From Octopus vulgaris (taxonomy: Eukaryota), in the NCBI GenBank assembly GCA_951406725.2, contig OX597828.1:73222001-73286000 (forward strand): DNA of 64,000 bases. Reading direction: 5' to 3'. The notes beneath the pieces were generated by a model. The model ran no database searches, was not told where the DNA came from, and saw only the letters and a list, made by a program, of their open reading frames with translations. The position numbers and the translations under genes are program-made. Within the stretch, counting starts at the first letter, position 1. Each line of letters begins with the position of its first letter. Shown piece after piece: positions 1 through 13,400 of the stretch.

Positions 1-25
1 CATTTATATGTGCATACGCTTACAT

Positions 26-90
<65 letters not shown>

Positions 91-684
91 TATAGCTATA
101 TATATAGATATATATATTTGTATATATATGACGGACTTCTCTCAGTTTCCGTCTACCAAATCCACTCACAAGGCTTTGGTCGGCCTGAAACTATAGTAAA
201 AGGCACATTTGCCCAAGGTGCCTCACAGTGGGACTGAACCCGGATCCATGTTGTTAGGAAGTAAGATTCTTACCACACATTGCTACTGATATAAACATCA
301 TCGATCCCACATAGTCAGTATATATTCCGTTTGTTCGCCGGAGTCGTGGCTGAATAGCGATTATGGACGACCCCTGTTAACGCTAGGTTTTAAAACACCT
401 GAAATTCATAGAGAGGCGGGAAGGTTCCATTCCGGTGCGTGATGTTGATTAACCACAAAATTGGTACAACATCAATATCCATCAGCACTGTATTCGGTCC
501 GAGGTGAGCTGTTCACCCGTCTATGACTTTCCGGCGCTTTAACACCAAGCATTAACAGAGGTCGACCCCAAGCGATCTATCGCAGCAAACCCTGCGAACA
601 AACATAACCCGTACAGTGTGTATGTGCGATGTATATTTATATATACATATGTATAGATATATATCTATATGTATGTATGTGCAT

Positions 685-779
<95 letters not shown>

Positions 780-788
780 TGTGTGTGG

Positions 789-1132
789 AGGCGCAATAGT
801 CCAGTGGTTAGGGCAACATACTCGCTGTCGAAGGGTCGCGTTTTCGATTCCCAGACTGGGCGTTGTGAGTGTTTTCAATAAACACCTAATGGTCCACGGG
901 GCTCCGGCATGGGGTAGTGGCGAATCCTGCTGTACTCTTTCATCACAACTTTCTTTCACTTTTTCTTCCTGTTTCTGTTGTACCTGTATTTCAAAGGGCC
1001 AGCCTTCTCACTCTCTGTGTCTCGCTGAATTTCCCCGAGAATTACGTTAAGTGTACACGTGTCTATGGAGTGCTCAGCCATTTGCTACTTAATTTCATGA
1101 GCAGGCTGTTCCGTTGATCGGATCAACTGGAG
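789..1132 (+). mobile_element. tRNA-derived SINE, family C
   Basis: Head ggcgcaatagtccagtggttagggc..ttcgattccc; body shared with 57968-58230 (tacctgtatttcaaagggccag). Confidence 0.7.
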
Positions 1133-1178
<46 letters not shown>

Positions 1179-1649
1179 ATATATATATTTATATTTATAT
1201 ACTTACACGTATATATTCTTTTATTCTTTAATCCTTTTACTTGCTTCAGGTTGCGGTCATGCTGGGATCGCGCCTTAAAGAATCATTTTGCCGAACGCAT
1301 CGACCCCAGTACCTAGTTTAGCAAGCCTGGTAATTATTTTATTGCTCTCTTTTACCGAAACGCTATGTTACAGACACGTAACCACACCATCACCGATGTG
1401 AAGCGGTTGTGGCGGTGGTGGGGGGAGAAAAATATAGACACAAGGACAAACACACACACACGTATATAAACATATACATACTCTTGATTTCTTGCAGGTT
1501 CCTTCTACCAAATCCATTCGCAAGTCTTTGGTTGGCCCGTGGTTATAGTAGAAGCCACTTGCCTAAGTTGCCATGCAGTCGGATTGAAACCGGAACTACA
1601 TGGTTTGGAAGCAAACATGCCTATATATATATACATACATACATACATA

Positions 1650-1724
<75 letters not shown>

Positions 1725-1780
1725 GTATATATATATGCATATATACATACATGTATATATATGTATATATACATATCATT

Positions 1781-1825
<45 letters not shown>

Positions 1826-1917
1826 ATAAACATAGATACATATGTATATACATTGAGGTAGATACTTGTATATGATGTTTGTTAAATAAGAAATGAATGA
1901 ACACCGAACTCACTCAC

Positions 1918-1944
1918 CGATTTGACGGCCAACCAAGGACTCAT
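1918..1944 (-). CDS. Possible first coding segment (MSPWLAVKS) of a gene continuing off the left edge
   Basis: caacaacATG start context, 9 codons, strong donor TCG|GTGAGT. Preceded by about 1.2 kb of CAC/CAT-rich sequence resembling a 5'UTR. Confidence 0.35.
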
Positions 1945-3225
1945 GTTGTTGTTGCTTTTCCTCTTCCGGTCGACAACCCAAATGTGGGGCAGCAAAAGCC
2001 CCAATTATTTTTGCACGACATCCACAAAAACGGGATATTGTGAAACTTACCGTTTTAGGGGTTGAATATAAATTCTTGTTATTTTGAAACGTGAAATATG
2101 AATAAGGAAAATGGTGGTGCCAATGTGCAGATCTAACTAAAACTATATCAAACAAGGTGAAGAATAGTGCCAAGAGAAGAAAAAAAGCACAAGAGCAGTG
2201 TGAGTGGTGTACAGTGAATAGAAAACTCTAAAACTATTTGAAGACAAAGATTGGAACACAAAGTGCGTAGTTGCAGTGAAGTGTGAAGATAAAGGAAGTA
2301 GGTGGTGCATGGTGGCAGAACATGTGGGGGGATTAAACAAGAAGGTTGTACATATTCGCCGTAAAATGAGAAGATGGCAAAAAAGAAAAATGATGTGCAT
2401 GGCGGTAGAAGGAGAAGACAAACATGATGAATAAAAAGAACATGAAGGGACCACGCCCCCAGGGTTTATCTCGTGTTGAATGATTGCTTGTTATGGTGGA
2501 GGCGGTGGCGTGGTGGTGGTGGTGGTGGTGATGGTGGTGGTAGTGATGCTGGGGATGGTGGCGATTGTGGGTTTGTTCGGTGATGTCGGAAGCAGCGAGT
2601 GAAGGTGGTTATGGATGCTGTGATAATGATATCGACGACGGCGACGATGTTGATGCTGATGAAGATGATATGCCGGTGGTGGACATCAATGGAGAGGATG
2701 GTGAAGGCAATGAGGCAATGATAAACAGTCGATGATGTGAGGTGAGGGTTAGCGGTGCTGAGGATGACAGCGATGGAGACGGGCGACATGACAGTGAGAG
2801 ACAAACAGATGCAACGAAGATATTGGTGCAGCTAAACGGTGGTGACGGTGGTGGTGGTGCTGGTGGTGGTACTGGTGCAAGTTGTGTGGTGCTGATGGCT
2901 TCGGTGCTAGTAGTACTGGTGCTGCTACAACTGGTGAGAGTGCGAGAATTATAAACTAGTGTGGGTGAGAGTGATGCGATTGTTAGTTGCTAGCCTATAA
3001 GGTCGGTTGGTTGGTTGGTTGGTTGGTTGGTTGGTTAGATGGTTGGTGAGTAGGTGCAGGCTGGTTGAGTGAGGGTGATCTACAGCTACAAGTGTGAGTG
3101 TGAGTGTGGGATGGACCATCATGCAGTGCAAGTGAATGTTTAATCTCCTAAGGTAACGGGTGCAGCAGTTTCAAACATTCTCTCACGTGACACATTCTTA
3201 CAATAGTTTCCCTACAACGCAAAGT

Positions 3226-3271
<46 letters not shown>

Positions 3272-3588
3272 GCTACTGCTATTACTACTACTGCTACTGC
3301 TACTACTACTAGTAACACTTAAAGTAATATTACTATTCACTGTTAATTACCAGAAAAATCTTCTGAAACTGATTGCAGTGTAACTGACCGTAGCAGAGTA
3401 TACAACTGAACATAACCTATTATTACTAAGTATAGCCGAGTATAGCAGCGTGACGTGCAGTTTTAATATTTTTATTAATTAATGTCAAATATATTTATTT
3501 TAAGTATTCAACTATGGGTAAAATGTAATTTTCTTTGACTAATCAAATAATCTTCATAACAAGACATATGCACGCTTTTCTTCCACCC

Positions 3589-3733
<145 letters not shown>

Positions 3734-3995
3734 ATATATAATATATTTATATATATAATGCGTCTACAGTTAACCAAGTTTCATTGACTTTCATTTGCGT
3801 ACAATACGTGTTATTCTCGGTGATTCTAAGGTACTAAAAGTACTTTAGCGTCTATTTCTAGCAGCGCGTGGTGATGAATCATGCTGACCCCTTGTTTTAA
3901 TTATGTATATAAGTATAAAATGATATATATACATATAATACATACGTACATATATATATACATGTATATATATATAAAAGTTTTCGAAATTTGTT

Positions 3996-4046
<51 letters not shown>

Positions 4047-6160
4047 GCTAATTTTACAGTGAAATAATATTAGAATATGAAATAGATAGCTTCTGTTAAC
4101 TAATTCTGTATTTTATAAAAAGGAATAAAAATTTAATCGTAATTATTAACCCAATAATATAAGTTCTGATGCATTCTGCGATTTAGACTTATTAATTAAT
4201 TAAATTGTTTCGTTCGTTTGGAAAAACAACTAACAATTTAAACATTTATTAAAGTTAATTTATAATTGTTTTCTTTTAAAAATCACTGTAAACAGTTAAA
4301 TATTTACGTTTTTCTTTTGCAGTGCATCTAAAGTGTCGGAAACAGAAGAAACCTTTCTCTTTAAGAGATATTTTTATAACAGCTAATTGGTGCCTTGGTG
4401 CGTATTCGTGCTACTTGCCTCTGCAGATCACTACAGACTTTCATGCTACTCTTGTGCATTTGGTTTGTCATGCGTCTGGTGAATTGAATTTCATGCCAAC
4501 CTAACACAGTTAGTGCAAGAAGATTGCGTTTAGCATATATAATTTTCTTAAATTGTCCGGAATACACGATGCGAGAATCCTTTAAGAAATATTCTATTTG
4601 AAATACTTTCCCTTAGAGAATTAGCAAAAAAAAATTAATTTTATGATGACATTATTTAATGTATTGATTAATTATTCACAATAATTAACATAATAATCAT
4701 TATTTAATTACATTAAATTTTTCTATGACATATTTTATAATTTTCTTCTACAAACTTTGCTTCAAAAGAAATAATATGCTCAACGCCCCTTGGTGAAAAT
4801 TGTGCTGAACTACGATATCGACAAAGTGCTGATGCAAATATAATGGACCCTTGTTGAGAAGATAGGCACAAGGTTAGAAATACATAAGCTATGGTTGCCT
4901 TGATATATTTATTAGTTAGTAATAAATAGAGACGATCCTGTAGCTTTCTATTGATATTAGCTAAACTGTTATATAATCATTCAAAAATGTTTGTGTACCT
5001 TCAAGAAATATATATCTAATATGCATTACGCTTTGCAATAAATGCACTGTATATGAGTTATATATTTAATATGATGTATCATTATAAATTTTGATATTAT
5101 TACATTATAAATTATAATACTACCATATTATCCAGTGTGTCCTTTTGTAAATACGAAACGATAAGCACTATGTATGGAATGTGCAGCTACCATTTACTGC
5201 ACATAATAAATTTGTAATATATGAAATTCATATCTTATTGCGTATACTATATTTTCCCCACATGCTATCCTGAAATTATTAAGACATAGCATATTTTCAT
5301 ATTTGATATCTAGAATGTACTAAACGTAGTATATTTCCATGCATAAAGATGGAATTTATTGCATGAAATATATTTTCATTTTGCATATATGTAATTCATC
5401 TCTTCAGGGAATATGAAACATCCAGCGGAGAACATTTCGGAATTAAAAACGCAGTTGTATCCAACTCGATACCTGAAAACGCCATCTTGATTACATTTGT
5501 GTACCATGTTAATTTAAAGTTGTATTTTTAATTATATGTGTTTTATTATCGATCCGACGTGTGCTAAAAGACACAAACAAGTACATATGCTAGCAGTGTA
5601 TATCTAATAATATTCATGGCTATACTTTTGCACTCCTTTATAAAAAAAGTGTCGTTATGGATAATAATAATTATTTCACTTTGCAAGAAAATTCGTTGAC
5701 TTCATTCATAACTACGTCTTTCTTTTGTTTTAGTTGTTACTGTCATTGGTTTCAGGATACTTGAAAGATATTAAAATACGCGATATGTTTATAAACATTA
5801 ACCCTCATGCTATATTATGAATAAGGTTTTTGAAAGAATTTTTACTCCACTTCAACTCATTAAATTTAAATTAAACTAATTAAAAAATTTCCAGTCAACA
5901 TTGAAATTAAGAATCTTTGTTATATTAGAAATACTTTACCGCTATCAAAAGTTGTTCACATTTTTTCATTCTATGCCGGTTTCTTTACCATATAGAATGA
6001 TAAATGCCATTTTATATACAATATACCAATATACATAGAGTTTGAACTATGTCCATACTAAATACGAAATAATTTTGCTAATATATATATATATATATCT
6101 GTGTATATATAGATATATACATATACGTGTATATTTATTATATAGGTATATACATATGTG

Positions 6161-6195
<35 letters not shown>

Positions 6196-6254
6196 TTACA
6201 TATATGTATACACATATGGGTATATACATGTATATATATATATGAAAGAAGGTT

Positions 6255-6446
6255 TGAAAATGCAATTTTGAAGATGTTTATTCACTTGACCGGTTTCACT
6301 TTTTTAGAAAAAGATTGTCAAAAATATAATGTAAAGCTTTGTTGTGTTGGGTACTTAACACAACAAAGCTTTACATTATATTTTTGACTTTTTTCTAAAA
6401 AGTGAAACCGGTCAAGTGAATAAATATTTTAAAAATTGCATTTTCA
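6255..6446. repeat. About 190-bp near-perfect palindrome
   Basis: Arms tgaaaatgcaatttt..ctttgttgtgtt and aacacaacaaag..aaaattgcattttca surround a loop of a few nt. Confidence 0.9.
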
Positions 6447-6524
6447 CTTTCCATTGTACTATATCTTATCGCTTATTCTTCTACTTGTCTATGAGCTGGT
6501 TATTATTATTATTATTATTATTAC

Positions 6525-6575
<51 letters not shown>

Positions 6576-6692
6576 GACTCCACCTGTACTTCTATAACTT
6601 ACATCTCACATTCGTTATTGTATGTATCATAGTGTCATCTATGTACTTCCCGTCGCTAACGATTTGTGTCATTCTGTCTATCTATCGACCTG

Positions 6693-6762
<70 letters not shown>

Positions 6763-6822
6763 ATGCATACACACACACGCATATATATACACATAAATAT
6801 ATATATATATATATATATGTAG

Positions 6823-6893
<71 letters not shown>

Positions 6894-7463
6894 TATATAC
6901 ATATATATATATACACACATGTATATTTATGTTTGTATGTGTGAAACTTTGTGAATTACTTATATCTGTTTAGGTGTATTTGTTACACTTATTTAGTATC
7001 GAAATTGGATTTCGGTGAATCAATGCTTCAGATACAATAAATAATTTCATATTTTCTCCAACTCATTTCATTTCAGTTTTAATATTTAAAAAAAAAATGT
7101 GTTGTTTGCTAAAAAAACCCCAAAAAACTAATAGTTCCATTGATTTCGTTGCCGTTTTATGCAATGTTTTTCGTTGTCACACTGACGATCGTGGGAAACT
7201 TATGAGTTCTCGTTTCTGTTGTTACTGGAATTAATAGTTTCGTTTGTTTCTTGTTAGGATCGAATAGTTCCTATGATGTTCGTCAGCAAGGTGTGGTGAT
7301 GTGGAGAGGGAGTGGAGAAACTTATTTAAATACACTAAATTGCATCTTCTCACTTGTTTCGTTTCCTTTTTTAATATCTGTAAATATTTTATATTTTCTT
7401 AGATATTGTTTACAGAAACTGGTTTTTGTTGGTTTGGGTTGTTACTGTTGCTGTTATTGTTGC

Positions 7464-7497
<34 letters not shown>

Positions 7498-7960
7498 AAT
7501 ATCTGAGGTAATGTTTTTTGACATGGAGGTTATGAACTTTTTTTTTTGTAGTTTAATTGTACATTGATAATATTTAAATATGCAATGAAAAAAATATGGA
7601 AAAAAATTTTTTTACTTTTAGTATTCTAATGTCTTCTGTGATGATTTCGAAAAACTAATCTAATCAATGCTGAATGGCTTTTGAAGAATATTCAAACACA
7701 TAAACACACACACACACACGAGCACAACAATACACAGGCGCACATATACTAGTTATATATATATAAATATATGCATGTATATGTATACATAATAAATAAA
7801 TATATAAATACATATATACACATATATCTATATTTTCGTCTCTCTCTATATATATATACAAATATATATATATATATATATATGCATACATATATATATA
7901 TATGCATAGATATATATATATGCATACATATATATATATGCATACATATATATATATATG

Positions 7961-8011
<51 letters not shown>

Positions 8012-8786
8012 GTATATATATATGAATGTATGTATGTATGCATGTAAGTACTTGTATAACTGCGCACTAAACCTGTTTACAAGTGCACTTGTGTCCGTAT
8101 ATATACTCGAACATGTGTGTATTTGTGCTTATAAAATATTTTCGTGTACGTCTGTATCACTAACAACAGTATCATTATGTATTCCATCTCCCGGGTATTT
8201 TATAAATACTCAATGTTTATGTCTACTTCTGGAGTAATGTCAGCCGGTTAATTACGGTTGTAATATCTATATAGATTAGCATCTTTTTAAAAACACTTTT
8301 TTCTCGATGTGTTTTATTTTCTGTTATTTCTTTTATTATACTTTATTTCAGAATGTAGGAAAGAAAACGTTTCAATAAGGATGTTTGTTCTATAAAAAAA
8401 TCTTTGAAAAAACTAACTTTATACGAATTTTAAAAAAATATGATGATTTGTGTATCGTAAGAGGATCGGGGTTAATATTTCGTAGGTGAAATATTGATGA
8501 GTATTATTGTTATTGTTGTTTTTGTTTGTTTATTTTTTTTATCTGGTACGAAGTAATGTTTGGAGCAGAGAGGATTTCTGCTCTCAACGTTATATTTTAT
8601 AATTAAATCGGACGAAGATTCGAAGGAAATTACAACGATGGAAAAAATGCCTTGCAGTATTTCTTGTTTCACTTTATATTTTGTGTTCAAATCCCAACGA
8701 GATCAGTTACGATTTTTATCCCCTCTAGAATTGATAAAATAAAGTCTCAACTTAAAACTAAGGTTCATAATTGCAGGCCGTGTGCG

Positions 8787-8838
<52 letters not shown>

Positions 8839-8844
8839 TTATTC

Positions 8845-8952
<108 letters not shown>

Positions 8953-9510
8953 TTGAGTGAAAGAGCAGCGCATGCCATCAAAGTGATACTGGGGTACAAT
9001 TATACGAAGCCCAATATACTCATCATGACTACCCGTCTGATAAGGGTACACCAGGCACATGCATAACAACCACATATGCGTGACATGCTGATCTTATAGC
9101 GCATGGCATTGCAGGTGGGCCCAGTTACACTTGTTTTCATGTTGAGTAGCCCATCCCGTTCAAAAGCTCCCTGAATAAGGTTTGTTTAAGGATGATGAAC
9201 GAAACACCCATGTTTCCAGTGGTGTATTATTCAAAATTCCTCTCAACACATGGCTATGATGCTCCCCCATTACTTCTGCTCGTGATCAGAGATGCACATA
9301 TCATCAGCCACCAACTGGTTAAAGTCAAACAACTGACAAGCAAATCTGTGGTATTGAGCAGAATATTTGCTGTAGCCCATCTTTTATAACAAGACAAAAA
9401 AATGTACATGATAACACTTCCAATCAGTTAAGATCAGAAGCCATGAGAACTAGTGCCTGGTATTACATCAGGGCAGTTATGGTATTGCATCAGCGCTTTC
9501 ATATTGCATT
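8953..9510. repeat. Interspersed repeat embedded in (AAT)/(ATT) microsatellites
   Basis: Higher-GC non-coding block bounded by AAT/ATT runs. It resembles a common octopus repeat, but I could not assign a family. Confidence 0.4.
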
Positions 9511-9564
9511 ATTATTATTATTGGTGGTGGTGGTGGTGATTTTTTCGTTGTTTTTGTTGTTGCT

Positions 9565-9613
<49 letters not shown>

Positions 9614-10461
9614 ATGTAGTTGTTGCCCTGTGCTAAATTCGCTTTTTATCTTTGAATCTGAACTTCGGCTCGAAAGAGTCGAGGCTATATGTTGCAAAAC
9701 GTTTGTTCGATAAGTGTAACATTTGTACAAAATCACCATTGTATTTTACGAAAAAGAGATATATTGATTTCTAACGAGAAAAGTAAGTCTGATCGAGTAA
9801 ATCGATCTAATACTTGAATGAAACTTTGTTTTATCGAACTTCACGATAAACAATATTTATGTTGTAGTTTCATATTTGTATGACTACAAAATTATTTCGT
9901 TTGTAAATATCAGGTTTATACAGTAAAATATGTGCAAACTATATCTTTGTTGAATGTGAGAGTGATACCTGACATGATCGCAAGACCAGAACATTTTAGG
10001 GAAGGGATTTACCGATGAAACCGGCCTGATACTTGATTGACACTCTGTCATCTACCCGGGATGCAATTTGGCCTTAAGGGGATTTGAACTCAGAATGTAG
10101 AGATAAACTAAATACTGCAATTCATTTGGCACTCAACTATTTCTGTCAATTTACCAAAATGTTGTTAAATATAGTAAGAAACCGTCTGACAATATAATAT
10201 AAAGTTTAATTATTTATAAAGCTATTTAAGTGTATATTCCTGGAATTATTAGTTATGAGTTGGGGATAAGACGTTTGTTTGATTGTTTGAAGAGATATTA
10301 AAAAAAATTTCTGCTGTTCATGTTGTTGTTTTGCTGTTAGCATTTTATGGAATATTTCATCAATTAAAATTTCAAAAGCTTAAGGACAAAAGCACGTAGA
10401 CTTGCCTGCATTGGATCGACCAGGGCTATTCATTGTGAAATTCATTTTGATGAAGCCGTTT

Positions 10462-13400
10462 TCATCGCACTGGAATTTCAACGTCTCTCAGATCAGTTTT
10501 ATCACCATGATTGTCTTCTTTCGCTGTTGAACTCATTAATCTTTGAGAATTCTCAATGGCATCACCAGAATGTGACAATGTGTCAGCATGTTTTTCGTAC
10601 GGGTTCTCGATTTTTCCTTTATTAACACGGACAGCGTTAATTTTTCCTTCTTTGAACTTATGTGAAGAGGGTTGTGACGAAGATCTTCGCGATATCACTT
10701 TGGATGTGAGATCGGTTTTACTCAACCCTAGTGAATTCTGTTCTCCATAATCAGTTCTATTTGTGTCTTTAAAATTATTAATGCTATCACTTTTCATCGG
10801 TAAAGTATATAAAACATTTAACGGCATATGAAGATTTTTTTTAGATAATTTCTTAGAGGGCTTAACTGAATTTGAGGGATTATGGGCATTTGGTAACTCT
10901 ATGACTGGGGACGATGGATCTTGAATTCCTAAATACCGTTTCACTAACATTGTATGGCTGAAGTTCCGTTTATGTAGAGAAATCGTATTAGAAGGTTTTG
11001 CTGCCGTACGTTTAAACTTTTGGCGCCTTTTAGCAGCAAACTTACGATTAGCAGTTAAGTAATTTCTACCTACAATTCGTTTACCAACAAATAAGGGATC
11101 CTCATCTCGTTTATCTGATAACAAGGTATATCGACTCTGGGGATATTTAATTGTTTTACTTACAAAAGAAGGCCCTGGATATCGCTTAATCCCAAGTAAA
11201 AAATTTGACCGCGAACGCGAAATTTTATCTGCAGAAGATTCTTCATTTCTTCTAAAAATAGGTTTATTTCTAGTTACAGATTCTAACTCCCGTTTGTCCT
11301 TAGATACTTGATGATCGACTTTTAGAGAATTTTTGTTGTGTGTAACTAAATTCATAAGGCGCAATTTTCGTTTTCTTACAAGACCAGGATTGTACTTTGA
11401 CTTACCTATAACATGTTGGTAAGGTCTATTTTCAGAATGGGTCCCACTAAACCCTCCTTTACTGAGTAATTCTGTGACGTGCTCACGTTTGCCAACGAAC
11501 AAAGGATTTTTCTCTCGTTTACCAGAAAACATAGCATCTCTCTCTCTTTTACCGACAAACATGGGATCCTCTCGTTTACCGACAAACACAGGATCTTCTC
11601 TTTTACCTATAAACATGGGATCCTCTCTTTTACCGACAAACATAAGATGTTCTCTTTTACCAACAAACATAGGGTTTTCTCTTTTACCCACAAACATAGG
11701 ATCTTCTCTTTTACCAACAAACATAGGATTTTCTCTTTTACCGACAAACATAGGCTCTTCTCTTTTACCTATAAACATGGGATCTTCTCTTTTACCGACA
11801 AACATGGGATCTTCTCTTTTACCGATGAACATGGGATCTTCTCTTTTACCAACAAACATGGGATCTTCTCTTTTACCGACAAACATAGGCTCTTCTCTTT
11901 TACCGATAAACATGGGATTTTCTCTTTTACCTATAAACATGGGATCCTCTCTTTTACCGACAAACATAGGCTCTTCTCTTTTACCTATAAACATGGGATC
12001 TTCTCTTTTACCGACAAACATGGGATCTTCTCTTTTACCGATGAACATGGGATCTTCTCTTTTACCAACAAACATGGGATCTTCTCTTTTACCGACAAAC
12101 ATGGGGTCTTCTCTTTTACCGATGAACATAGGATCCTCTCTTTTACCTACAAACATAGGATCTTCTCTTTTACCGACAAACATGGGATCTTCTCTTTTAC
12201 CAACAAACATGGGATCTTCTCTTTTACCAACAAACATAGGCTCTTCTCTTTTACCAACAAACCTGGGATCTTCTCTTTTACCGACAAACATAGGCTCTTC
12301 TCTTTTACCGATGAACATAGGATCTTCTCTTTTACCTATAAACATGGGATCTTCTCTTTTACCGATAAACATAGGATCTTCTCTTTTACCGACAAACACG
12401 GGATCCTCTCTTTTACCGACAAACATGGGATCTTCTCTTTTACCGACAAACACGGGATCTTCTCCTTTACCGACAAACATAGGCTCTTCTCTTTTACCGA
12501 TGAACATGGGATCTTCTCTTTTACCAACAAACATAGGATCTTCTCTTTTACCTATAAACATGGGATCTTCTCTTTTACCGACAAACATGGGATCTTCTCT
12601 TTTACCGACAAACATGGGATCTTCTCTTTTACCGACAAACATGGGATCTTCTCTTTTACCTATAAACATGGGATCTTCTTTTTTACCGATGAACATTGGA
12701 TCTTCCCTTTTACCAACAAACATGGGATCTTCTTTTTTACCAACGAACATAGGATCTTCTCTTTTGCCAACGAACATAGGATCTTCTCTTTTACCGACAA
12801 ACATAAGATCTCTTTTACCAACGAACATAGGATCTTCTTTTTTACCGACAAACATGGGATCTTCTCTTTTACCTATAAACATAGGATCTTCTCTTTTACC
12901 GACAAACATAGGATCTCTTTTACCAACGAACATAGGATCTTCTTTTTTACCGATAAACATAGGATCTTCTCTTTTACCAACAAACATGGGATCTTCTCTT
13001 TTACCAACAAACATGGGATCTTCTCTTTTACCAACGAACATAGGATCTTCTTTTTTGCCGATGAACATGGGATCTTCTCTTTTACCCACAAACATGGGAT
13101 CCTCTCTTTTACCGACAAACATGGGATCTTCTTTTTTACCGATGAACATAGGATCTTCTCTTTTACCGACAAACATGGGATCTCTTTTACCAACAAACAT
13201 AGGCTCTTCTCTTTTACCGACAAACATGGGGTCTTCTCTTTTACCGATGAACATAGGTTCCTCTCTTTTACCTACAAACATGGGATCTTCTCTTTTACCT
13301 ATAAACATGGGATCTTCTCTTTTACCTATAAACATGGGATCTTCTCTTTTACCGACAAACATGGGATCTTCTCTTTTACCGACAAACATGGGATCTTCTC

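Noticed and set aside
4380-4510. Possible H/ACA snoRNA or miRNA
   Set aside because: An H-like AGATCA is present, but the hairpins are weak and there is no correctly placed ACA box.
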